DNA from: Veleropilina oligotropha
Lineage: Eukaryota
NCBI GenBank assembly: GCA_048128005.1
Contig: JBEUKZ010000049.1
Location: forward strand, 62,001 to 126,000
DNA: 64,000 nucleotides
Direction of reading: 5' to 3'
The first letter of the stretch is position 1, and each line of letters begins with the position of its first letter. Shown here piece after piece: positions 24,986 through 36,100 of this stretch. The notes under the pieces are model-generated. The model worked only from the letters and a program-made list of their open reading frames with translations, did no database searches and was not told the DNA's origin. The position numbers were made by a program, and so were the translations under genes.

Positions 24986-27594
24986 ATCACAGATAATACA
25001 CGCAGAGTGGAGCTACACAGCCGAGTAGCTCGGGACGTTTGTCGCCGGTGGTCACAACCCCGAGTCGATCTGTTTGCAACAGAATTTAATTACCGACTAC
25101 CTCTGTATGTCTCCCCGGACCCGGCCGCCCTAGCGGTCGCCGCACTGTCAATGACATGGGAGAATCTGTCCGCGTATGCCTTCCCCCCGTCGTGCATTCT
25201 AACACTGGTATTACAGAAGGCATCGAACGAACGTTGCAGATAACGCTAATCGCGCCCCTATATCGCACGCAACCTTGGTTTCCGACCCTCCTCGATCTGA
25301 TCGTCGACCGACCGTTATCGCTCCCGCAGAGACCGGGCCGGTTAATGCAGGCGCGCAGCCGTGTATTTCAACATCGCCGAACGACTTGCGTTTACACGCC
25401 TGGCGGTTATCGAACGATCCCTTGCTAAGAAAGGAATTTATCGCGCAACAGCCCTACGCATCTCCCGATCGAGAAGGCTTTCCACGACTAAAGTTTATGA
25501 CTACCGATGGGTTAAGTACGTGGATTGGTGTCACAGCCGGCAGGTCAATATTCTCCGCCCCCCTGTGAACAAGTTTATTGAGTTTTTATCGTCGCTCTTT
25601 GAACGCGGTATATGTCAGTGTCCGCCGTCAAAGCTATCGGGCAACGGTCGCGAGTGCCGTGCCCGTGTTAGCCTCCCTAGCGACCGAACGATTTGGATTT
25701 CTGCGATCCTTCGAACTCAAAATTTCGACCCGTACGATACGGCCAGCCTGAAACATCGCTCTCATTCTTAACGCTCTCTTTCTACCCGTACTAGCCTATG
25801 GGCCCGAACTCTATGAGGAACTTAACGCACAATACGGTTTTTCTGATCGCCTTGCGTCGGGCAGGCGTTGTTCCGTATTTCATAGTCTATCCGCAGAGCT
25901 ACGAGACGTTCGTTTCCAGTCGACGGGTCGGTGATGCGGCGTCATATCTTGGGTTTCCTCGCCAAGAATCAACGGCCGAACGGAGACGCACCCGATATCG
26001 TTATCCCCAAGCTTTACGCTGGTCAGAGACCCGATGTGGACCGATGAACCTGTCATATGCGTGCCTACGTTACTACCTCGACAGGATCCGTGATACGCGG
26101 CAGGGAAAACTACGTATATTTTATTCGTATTTACCTTCTTGTATCCGCGACATTTCATAGACGACTGTTTCGCGGAGGTTTTCACAGGTAGTGAGAGACT
26201 TCTCTCGCTGTGAAAAGTAGGCCGCACGCACTATTGTATCGATGCGCGCGCACGAGGTCCGTGCTTTCGCAGTTACACATCTCAGCGTTGCTTATCAAAA
26301 TGTCTTTATTAAGCCTTTTCTGTGGATTATTCCATGCGGCTGATGGATTGTGCAGTCTACATAGTAACTGCTCAACGATGTATTGTTAGACCGAGGTCAT
26401 CTAATCAGTGAGTATTGTTACTTGATTTATCAATTTACATAATCTGTGCTGATGCAATGCTATTGTTATGCCTAGCTATTCTATGAAATAGACATTATGA
26501 GGCGATTCAATGTGTGTTCATTTCTTAAAAACATTTTAAGATCTTGATACTTTCATGTCATACCTGAGTATATTGACAAGCCAGATTACATTGAATTTAA
26601 TAAACAATTATATTGCGAAAATCTTATAGGATTTCAGGTTCAATATTATTTGATGTTCTATGCTGTTATCGAACATACGATGTTCAAGACATTGAAAAAA
26701 ATTTAATATTTGCTTCCTTAAAATTTATTTTAAGTAACATGTCTTACATGTTAGCGTTTCGCAAGTTGGTCATGCGAATCAATTATTAATATCGATTATT
26801 TATTTAATCTATTAATTCTTTGCTTTGATTTCACGCTTTCACAACCTATTAGGTTCCGTGTGCTTACAAATCCGACTGCATCCTCTGGCTACCGGCCTTT
26901 GGCCAGGAGTACCATTTGGCTGCCACTGGCCCATGACACGTAAGACCTACAGGGATCCATCCTTCCGGCCGTGCCTGGGGCTGATTGCACTTCCGTTCAC
27001 CTCGTCCGACTACCACCACGGCGTATTCTCCCGGTAACACTGGTCGAAATTCTCGCTTGGTAAGAGTTGAATATGATTCTCAGTAAATTCCACTCTGGGC
27101 GGACACAATCGACGCTTCGAGCTGATTGAAATGGTGAAAAGTAAGTCATTATCTTGTTTGGGTTTGCTGTAAGGAACTTCTTACCCACCTATCCAAGGTT
27201 ATTCTGGCAAGAGTAAGGACGTAAGTAAGTTTGTAACTACATATGAGGTTTTTAATTAAACCTAATATTAGTTAAAACATACTTACGTCCTTACCACGAT
27301 TACCCACCCTGCGTTTCGCATTCCTCCCCTCTACTAAGTTCCTTTGGGGTTCTGAACTTTGAATTGAGGTCTTGTGATCTCGAGCTCGGATATCTCGCGA
27401 GACTTGGCGAGATCTCGCCGGGGGAACTTAGAGAGCGGGAGCAGGGGAGGTAATCGTGGTACGTTTTGACTTAATAAGTGCCTAAATGTGACTTTATTCA
27501 CTGTTTCCGGTTGGCGATAATATGACTATTATGGCAAGAGTAAGGACGTAAGTATGTTTTAACTAATATTAGGTTTAATTAAAAACCTCATTTT
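24986..27594 (+). mobile_element. Second, shorter copy of the DIRS 3' half
   Basis: Near-identical to 18158-20764, including the same frameshifts, ICR and terminus. Confidence 0.92.
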
Positions 27595-27595
27595 A

Positions 27596-28315
27596 TGTAG
27601 AGGACGCAAATGTCGTATTTTGCTTTGTTGTCATATTAATTTTTAAATATGGTGAATTTGAAAAAAAATAAAACGAAAATGGCGAATGCACGTTCATACT
27701 AGTTGTATAGATGTTCAAAAATTGTCTCGCAGCGATCAGACCGGTCGTATGCTAAGGTGAAATGTTTTTTGTCCATGCACTGATATCAAATTAGGTACTT
27801 TTGATGATTAAGTGTTCCTCTCTCTACGATAAAGTAAGGCGATACAGCTTGCAATTGATTTTAAATATCACGGTGATGGACACCGGGCGACAGCGCGCGG
27901 AGCTCCCGAGCTGTTTCCAATGAAGGTGCGCAGCGGCCTGTCCTCTGCTACAGTGAATATTTTTGTCCCCCAGCCGAACGCGGCATGCAGCCCCGGCTGT
28001 TCGCATATAGACGTAAATCGAGATCCTTGGAGCGAAAGAACCGAAAAGTGGTTGTAATACTTTTGAATAAAATTTAATCAAAATAAATCACAATGTGCGT
28101 AAAATGAATTAGATTTCATCCGTTACCCTAGGTCAATTTTGGATGAAAGTTAAAAATTGCGACATTTGTGGCCTCGGGTGTCGATATTTTTAAATCCGCG
28201 GCCACAAATGTCTCAAAATGATTTTTGCGACATTTGTGGTCGAAAAATGTTAACCGCGACCACAAATGTCGCAATTGCGACATTTGTGGCCGTTGCGACA
28301 TTTGTGGCTGCTACA
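27596..28315. mobile_element. MITE-like element with TGT...ACA ends and subterminal GCGACATTTGTGG repeats
   Basis: Imperfect 20-bp TIR (TGTAG......CAAATGTCG); six motif copies in both orientations at 28159-28309; no TSD seen. Confidence 0.5.
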
Positions 28316-29179
28316 AGGCCTCCCGAAGATATCAAAACGGCCGATAGGATTATTTCATGCTCTTATTGTTTTTCACAAGCTTGTATTTTCGTATGATAAT
28401 CGGATTGGCACGTTTACTTTATCAATCCGACATCTCTGTTAATTTGACAACAGTTCAGAGTTAAAGTCAACATGCAATGTGTGAAACAGCCATTTCTTGC
28501 TAACACCATCACTTTGGATTGACCTTTCAGGTCACACACAAATGTCATTATTTCACGCATCAAACTTTTATTGGAGTCCAAACCTAGAACTATATTTATT
28601 TTTCTTAGGTCAAAATTGTCAATAAAAATAATGTTGTTTTTGTCAACAAAAGCAGCTAGACTCTATGACTATAACAATTAAATAATGGTTTGACATCACG
28701 ACATGTATGAGGTCAGATGGCATGATAAGGGAGGACTTATTATCTGTTATGCATTAACTTTTGGCTGCGGAATAACTATCAAATAACTAAGAACAATAAA
28801 TATTAATGGATGTACAAATGTTTATTTTTGCAATTATTACATCGATAATAGGGATAAATGTCACCATGTTGTCCTTCATATAGCAATATATAATTGCATG
28901 GCGATATTCATTTTACTCCCTGCTGTTTTGGGACCAATACGAGCACATGACTGAGGCCGATATCTTTCTGATGAAATACAAGTTAGAATGTTAGGAACAT
29001 TTTTATTACTTAAAGTATGTTTGACAAGACTCAAGAGTAATTAACAGCATTAATTTGAAATTATTTACGAAACATAGCAACTTTTTACGGTGCGTATATG
29101 TGTACTATGCATTAAATTACCCGTTAATGTCAAAGTTATACTACTTTAGTTTAGCACCGGATAAAATGGGTTTATTAAT

Positions 29180-30480
29180 TGTTATGCCCACGCCGAAGGC
29201 GAAAGGGCATATTGTTTCTACCGTCCGGCATCAACAATTTGGTTCGTTTTTCGTTGAGTTTATATGGGTTGTCCAGGGGACTTTTTAGTGTATGTATGCT
29301 TTGTTATAGGTTATATGGATATCATCTGATACTCTGGCAATGATATTTAATAAAATTTTATATAATTTAATGAAAATATGATGGTCTCTTTAGACATAGA
29401 ATTTTAGGTTAAAGTTTTTGGTTAAAAGTTTTTTGTGTCCGCTCTACAGTGAAAATTTCTAATTCGATTTGATTCAAATTCGGTATGCAAGTTAGTTTTC
29501 ATGAGGACACGCCGCCTAACGATTTTCATCGTTTTCGGATTCAAGATGGGCGTCGTGGCGGCCATTTTGTTTTGAAGAAATTTCTTGTGTGTGCTCAACA
29601 GTGAAGACTTATATTCCGATTTCATTCATATTCGGTATGCACGTTCGATATGATGAGGACATGCCGCCTAATGATATTTGTCATTTTTGGATTCAAGATG
29701 GCCACTGTGTTGGCCATTTTTTTGGAAGATATTTCTTGTCTGTTCTACAGTGAAAAGTTATATTTCAATATCATTTCAATTCGGTATGCATGTTCATTAT
29801 GATGAGGACACGCCACCTAACGATTTTCGTCGTTTGGGATTCAAGATGGCCGCCGTGGTGTGTATTTTGTTTTGAAGATATTCTTGTGTCCGCTCTACAT
29901 TGAATAATTCTTATCCGATTTCCTTCAAATTCAGTATGCACGTTTGGTATGATGAGTGCACGCCGCCTTACGATTTTCATTGTTTTTGGATTCAAGATGG
30001 CCACCATCGTGGTCATTTTGGTTTGAAGATATTTCTTGTGTCTGTTCTACAGTGAAGAGTTCTATTCCGATTTGATTCAAATTCGTAATGCGCGTTCATT
30101 ATGATGAGGACATGCCGTCTAACGATTTTCGTCATTTTCGGATTCAAGATGGCTGCCATGGTGGCCATTTTGTTTTGAAGATATTTCTTGTGTCTGTTCT
30201 ACAGTGAAGAGTTCTATTCTGATTTGATTCAAATTTGGTATGCACGTTCATTATGTTGAGGACACCGCCTAACGATTTTTGTCGTTTTCGAGTTCAAGAT
30301 GGACACCGTGGTGGCCATTTTGTTTTGACGGTATATCTTCTATGAGCTCTCTAGTGAAAAGTTCTTATCCTATTTCATTCAAATTAGAAATACACTTTTG
30401 GTATGATTAGGACACGACACCTATCGGTTTTTCACCATTTTTGGATTCAAGATGGCCGCCCTGGCAGCCATTTTGTTTTG
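29180..30480 (+). repeat. Helentron-type element head plus family A tandem array
   Basis: ttatgccc..ggcgaaagggcata head and ccgtccg, then about nine ~120-bp units at 29420-30480; a further partial unit lies at 31755-31920. Confidence 0.75.
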
Positions 30481-31392
30481 TCGGAAGACATGTATCTAGC
30501 TTTTGAAAAATCTCATCAGATTTACATTTTGTCCAATCACAGTCCGTAAAAATTCAGGTCACTTTCAACACTTGTGCATCCGATGTTTCAAGTAACAACC
30601 ACTTCTGTAATGAAATTCGTTCTATTTATATGCAATATCCCATATCTATTATGCTATTTAGTAACAAACTCTTACATTGTGTCATACTGAAATATAATTG
30701 TTTCAAAAATATATGTAGCTTGCGACCGGAACAAATTATTGCTTCCGTAAACAGGGGAATTACAATTGAGGGAATGTCAGCATTTGCTGTAAATAGGTGG
30801 CCTACATTCATATTTAATTCTTCCATTCATAAAGGTGTCCCGGGGAGCGGGGTTTCCATGTATGGGAACAGCCACATTTGTTGTGTTCTTTAACAGAGTA
30901 ACTGATATGGTCATTTAATTGATTGAACTCTGCCAAGGGTGACAGTACCATAACAATATCTTTAAGACATCATCTGCCTTGGGCAGACTGTGCTAATCTA
31001 ATTCATAGTAATTACAGACTCCATAAACACACAGCTAGATAGTATTTCTTCTCATAAATGAGTTCGAATGACCTAGTACTATAAACAAGAAATATATTTT
31101 TTGCTAACAATGTGTTATATTGAAAACACAAGTTTAAAATAAATTCACCATTATTTCACTTATAATGTATGTATTTTTTCTTCTAAATATGTCGATTACA
31201 TCTTAATTGTCGAAAGAAAGTTAATAAAATATCCATTATATTTCAAATAGAAAATAAAAGGATCATTCTGCTACAACTGGTTGAAGTGAAATAAACTGAT
31301 ATTTAATATCCCTGTTTTAATTAAGCTTCCAAAAAGATGGTGCATGTGGATACAATTTGATGGCTGGCCAGTCAACATATTTATTATTACAG

Positions 31393-31491
31393 TTTGCTGA
31401 TCTCATAAATTTTGTGTATATTATCAGTGATATTTCCTTCATGATTATCACAATTAACAATATGGAAAGGCGTAATGTAAACACGAAGGAA
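31393..31491 (+). CDS. Tentative host exon (phase 0-0), possibly of the SA/STAG-like gene
   Basis: ttacAG acceptor, GTAAGT donor, 99 nt open frame (FADLINF...NVNTKE); resemblance to STAG is weak. Confidence 0.35.
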
Positions 31492-32323
31492 GTAAGTTTA
31501 ATTATCTAAAACCATTTAGGCACTTTCGTTTTCTGTAAATTCGGACAAGAAAATTGTGAGTCGAGCAACAAGATTTGCCATGAAGGGCCATAGCAATGCT
31601 CAATTATTTTTAATTCTCACCATGCTGTTATGTATGTTATTAAAAATACTACTTCGTAAGATACTGCAACTTTGACAAAAAGTATGTTCGTGGTGCGAAA
31701 TCAATACTTTTTCGCTTTCCGACATCAGTGCTTCAGCACTTTGATTTTGAGTAGATTTCATGTGTGCATTCTACAATGAAAATTCTAATCCTATTGGATT
31801 CAATTTTGGTGTGCATGTTGATGAGTTAAGATTAGGACATGCCACCTAACAATTTTCGCCGTTTTTATTTAAGATGGCCACCATGGTGGCCATTTTGTTT
31901 TGAAGAGTTTTCTTGTGTGGAACCTGATTGTTGTAAATATACAGGATATTAAGCGTCAATTCATCCATCACCCATTGATGTCAGATCAAACAGCCTCCGC
32001 TAAATGAAAATAGTAATGAATATTATATATAAAATAATGTTTAGATTCTCAGGCATCGCGCATCTACTTGTTAAATGTGTGCACGTGACGTCAATCCTTT
32101 TTATTGCCAAAAAAAGACAATTTTTTAACTATATATTTCAACAGCACTTGTTTTGGATGCAGTTTTCTAATTCATGTTCAAATATTTTCCTTATTTCTTT
32201 AATCTAAAACGTAATAACTGTAAATCAAGCTCCTATCCGTCATCACTTTTTTCAAAAAGTTCCTGAGAATCTAATTAGTAATTTTATGCAGCCTTACAAA
32301 CTTGTCTTAATATTTACACATTG

Positions 32324-32760
32324 AGCAGCAGGGGGGGTGACCATACCTTTTATGTGGGGGTGCGGCGAGGGAAATTAAGGCTCCCAGCACTTTTCAGAAT
32401 TAATATGGATCTCAACTCAGCAGCAGGGGGTGATCATACCTTTTATAATGGGAAAATAAGGCTCCCAGCACCTGTTCCGAGGGGGGGTGACCATACCTTT
32501 TATCTGGGGGCGCGGCGAGGGAAATTAAGGCTCCCAGCACTTTTCAGAATTAATATGGATCTCAACTCAGCAGCAGGGGGGGTGATTGGACTTTTTAGAA
32601 TGGGAAAATACAGCGCCCAGCCCTATTTCAGAACTCAGGGTAGCTCGGACTAGTCAGCAGGGGAGTTTAGACTAGGGCCCCGGGGCGACCGGGAAGGCTC
32701 CCAGCTATATTTCAGACCCCGGGGTATATCGTGTATTACAAAAAAGTTACCGTGTGTACA
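32324..32760 (+). repeat. Left terminal inverted repeat
   Basis: 32324-32592 is the reverse complement of 47970-48238; imperfect match continues to ~32760; internal direct repeats. Confidence 0.95.
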
Positions 32761-32818
32761 GCGACATAGAGCCCCCAGGGACGGCCCGCATAATATCTAT
32801 TAGAGACTGGTATATACA

Positions 32819-33112
32819 ATGATAACCGCTATCAATATGTGGGGAACGGACACCTGTCAATGGCTCACCATCAGCTCCACGGAGCTATGTGGTAAGAGAT
32901 GTCTGAACACGTATTGCAAAGTCCATCTGGCTCGGCAACGGCGAAATGGCTGGGTCACAAAGCCCTGCATCAAATGCGGCAAAGGCGTCTTCAACCGGTT
33001 TACGTTGTGTAAGGGCTGTGGGTATAAGAGTGAGAACTCTATGGACTGGCAACGAAAGAAAAGTGCCTTCCGGAGAGAGTTTCTCCGCTTGGCTGCAATT
33101 TACCACGCGTAA
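32819..33112 (+). CDS. Small Cys/His-rich putative zinc-finger protein
   Basis: 97 aa: CQW..CGKRC..YCKVH and CIKC..CKGC; basic C-terminus. Confidence 0.65.
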   Translation: MITAINMWGTDTCQWLTISSTELCGKRCLNTYCKVHLARQRRNGWVTKPCIKCGKGVFNRFTLCKGCGYKSENSMDWQRKKSAFRREFLRLAAIYHA

Positions 33113-33160
33113 ATTTCATATTAGAGAAGTAAAGATCCTAGTGTGTACCCCCCCAGCAAC

Positions 33161-36100
33161 ATGGATGACCTGCGCAATCTAGCGAAAGATTATGGGATTC
33201 CCGCTCGGTCGAAGCTCAAGAAGCACGACCTCATCAGGGCAATCGCCAGGGTCCGTGCTGCGGAGTTTCGGAGCAGACTCGAGCGGGCGATGAAAACGGG
33301 AAGGTTCCCCTCCATACGTGGAGATGTGGAGAACCCCCACAAAAGAGGCCGACGTGCTCGCGAGTTGCGGCAGATTAAGGACGAGGTCGACGCCGCCCTG
33401 CAGGCTCGTAAATACGAATCCCAGGCTGAGAAAAATCCCAGGATTCGACAGAAGCCACTTCGTAACATCGCGGATCGAATCGTCAAGCCACACCTGCACG
33501 GTCTGACTAGGTCTCGGAAAGAGACCCTTGCCCATGCTATTGCTCGGAAGGGGCCCGATCTTCTCATCTCCAAAATGCCCCGGACAGCCCAGGACTACCA
33601 GAAGGATCTTCTAGGGCAATTTACCACACCCGAGGGACAACGATTCATCGACCTGGATGACCAGGTCCCTCCCCCAGTAAGGCTCCCAGCAAAAGAGCCA
33701 TGGGTGGAACTCTTGAGCGACGCCAAAGACGAGTTTGAGGTCGATGGTGCCGCGGCGGCTTTCTCCACATGGAGGGTAGAAGTGGCTGGACGGCTGGCCC
33801 TGGATGCCCGTATGACAGATGCAAGGGCGGCACAGCTCCTCACAGCCCTTCCAAAGGGCGAGTATGTCCTTAGAATAAAGTTCTTGCGTGAGTGGGGTGA
33901 AGGTGACTGGGTGGTCGAAGACAAGTTTGACCCGGTGAAGGCTGCGAGAAAGAAGGGCCAGGGTGTCTTTGAGATCTCTCAGGATACTAAGCCGGGTGCT
34001 ATCACTGGGGTCGACAAGGTCTACTACGAGAATGCCTACCCGGTCACTGCAGTCGTCTACGGCGTCTATCCTCTCAGAGAACCAAACCCCGCCAACCTGG
34101 TTCCGATGAAGAACGGCGACCTCAACTGCGTTGCCCAACGAGTGGTTGAGCACTTCGAAGGTGCCCTTAGAGGACACGGACTCACCCCGACAAGGCGGCA
34201 GAAAATACTGGAGTGGGAAGAGCGAGTCCATGTAACAGGCGCCACTGTGGATGATATAGCTACCCTCGAGAAGATCCTCAAACGGGCGATCACCTTGAGA
34301 GACATTGCCGGCGAGGACATCTACAACAGTGGGAAATACCAGGCCAGTATGTGGAAGTCCATAGAACTCATCTGTCACAACGGCCATGCCTGGTCGAAGG
34401 ACCTACACTTCCCGCAAAGTAGAGCGGTCCACCTGTATGAGGGCGATGTCTGGGAAGCTATTCGACAAGCCACACAGAATGAGCCATTGGCTGTCTGGCT
34501 CCTAGGCGGTAAAGACCGACAGCTCGGCGTGGACCAGTTCGTGCTGCAAGATGGCCGCACTTACCGGACAAAAGAGGCTCATGAGAGACTCCAAGAAGCC
34601 TGTACAGCGCTGGGGAATGAGTCCCTAGCCGATCGAGCCTTTGGCGTGAACCATGCAGCTAGCATTATGGCTAAAGAGAAGAACGGCTGGAAACCTACCC
34701 CAGCGGGCCTGCTCGATGACATCCAGAAGGCCTGTGTAGAGCATGGCCACGGCGGCCTGTGGAATTCCATGAATTACGACACGGGCGATGTCTGCTGCAT
34801 CGATATGAAATCCTGCTACCCTGCAAGCTTTCTGGGGAAGGGCGAGGCTAAGCCCTATTTCGAAAGATTCGGACACCCACTCCACAGCATGACCCGGGTC
34901 GCAATTAACGGTCCTCTACCCCAAGATATCGGGACCGGGTTTGCTGAGGTCGTGGAATGGGAGTTCGCACAAGACATCCACCCCGTCATTGTAGCATGGT
35001 TCGGGAAGCACTTTGCAGAGAATGGATGGGCACCAACCCCGCTGCTCGCCTTCCTCGTAGACTCTGGACTGCTAAAAAGCCTCAAGATCCGAGAAGCCAT
35101 CATCGCATTCAAAAAGCAGACCGATGTCTGGCTTCCTCCGGATCGTGACCAGGGCTGCAGTATCATCGGCAAATTCACCCAAGGCGCCAAAGCTGACGGA
35201 AAGCGATTGACTCGTAGACTGGTGACCGACCAGGGTGAGCTCGACTTCCTCGTAAGAGACACCCGCCAAAGCGGCACCCTGGTTGGCGCTCCTCAGAGAT
35301 GCCCTATGGGGCACATCCTCACGTACTATGATGGCTCCCAGCCTCAGTACGCCCACCTGAGGGCGTCCATGTTGGCCTATGCACACATAAACCTCTTGAG
35401 CATGCTGAAGCGTTTCAGTGCAGCAGAAGCCGTCCGAGTAGCCACTGACAGCATCTACCTCAAGAAGGCCTCGTTGGAGAAGCTCGACGATGTCACGGTG
35501 TACGTTGCCCCCAGACTCTGCGGCTGTGGCGAGAAATCGTGCATCTCATGTCTGATCGCGGAGCCGTACCTTCCGCCAGTAGCACCAGCCCAGTGGCGTG
35601 ACAAGGGCGAACAGCTGTATATGCCACAGGAACATGCCGCATACCTACCCAAGCCAGAGTATTGTTGTGCCGCCAATTCCAGCCAGCCGAGCACCGCGCC
35701 ATGCTACAATGACACACTGACCCACCATCGCCTGAGTTACCTCAACGGTGGAGGGGGCTGTGGCAAGACTACGAGAGCGATCGAGCTCTTTCGGGCAAGG
35801 AATCCCGTCGTGTTCACACCAACCCACCGCCTCGCTAAAGAGATGCGGACCAGAGGCGTCAAAGCCCAGACCTACCACAGCTTCTTCCGATGGAGCGGCC
35901 AGAATGACTGGACGCCTGACCGCATGGGTCAGAAGTTCATCCCGCGCGTCATTATCTGGGACGAGGTCTGTACTGTTCCCCGGGCTATTCTAGAGATGTT
36001 CTTGGACTGGCTGGGCCGCCACGAAGTGCAGGTTATCTGCTGTGGTGATCAAGGCCAGCCACCACCGATTACGGGCGAGATGCCGCACGATTGGCTGCGA

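Noticed and set aside
21714..30480. Regularly spaced repeats resembling a CRISPR array
   Set aside because: The whole ~120-bp unit repeats with no unique spacers; no cas genes; eukaryotic context
32321..32653. 110-aa and 103-aa ORFs in the TIRs
   Set aside because: They start in or before the TSD and simply translate the TIR repeats
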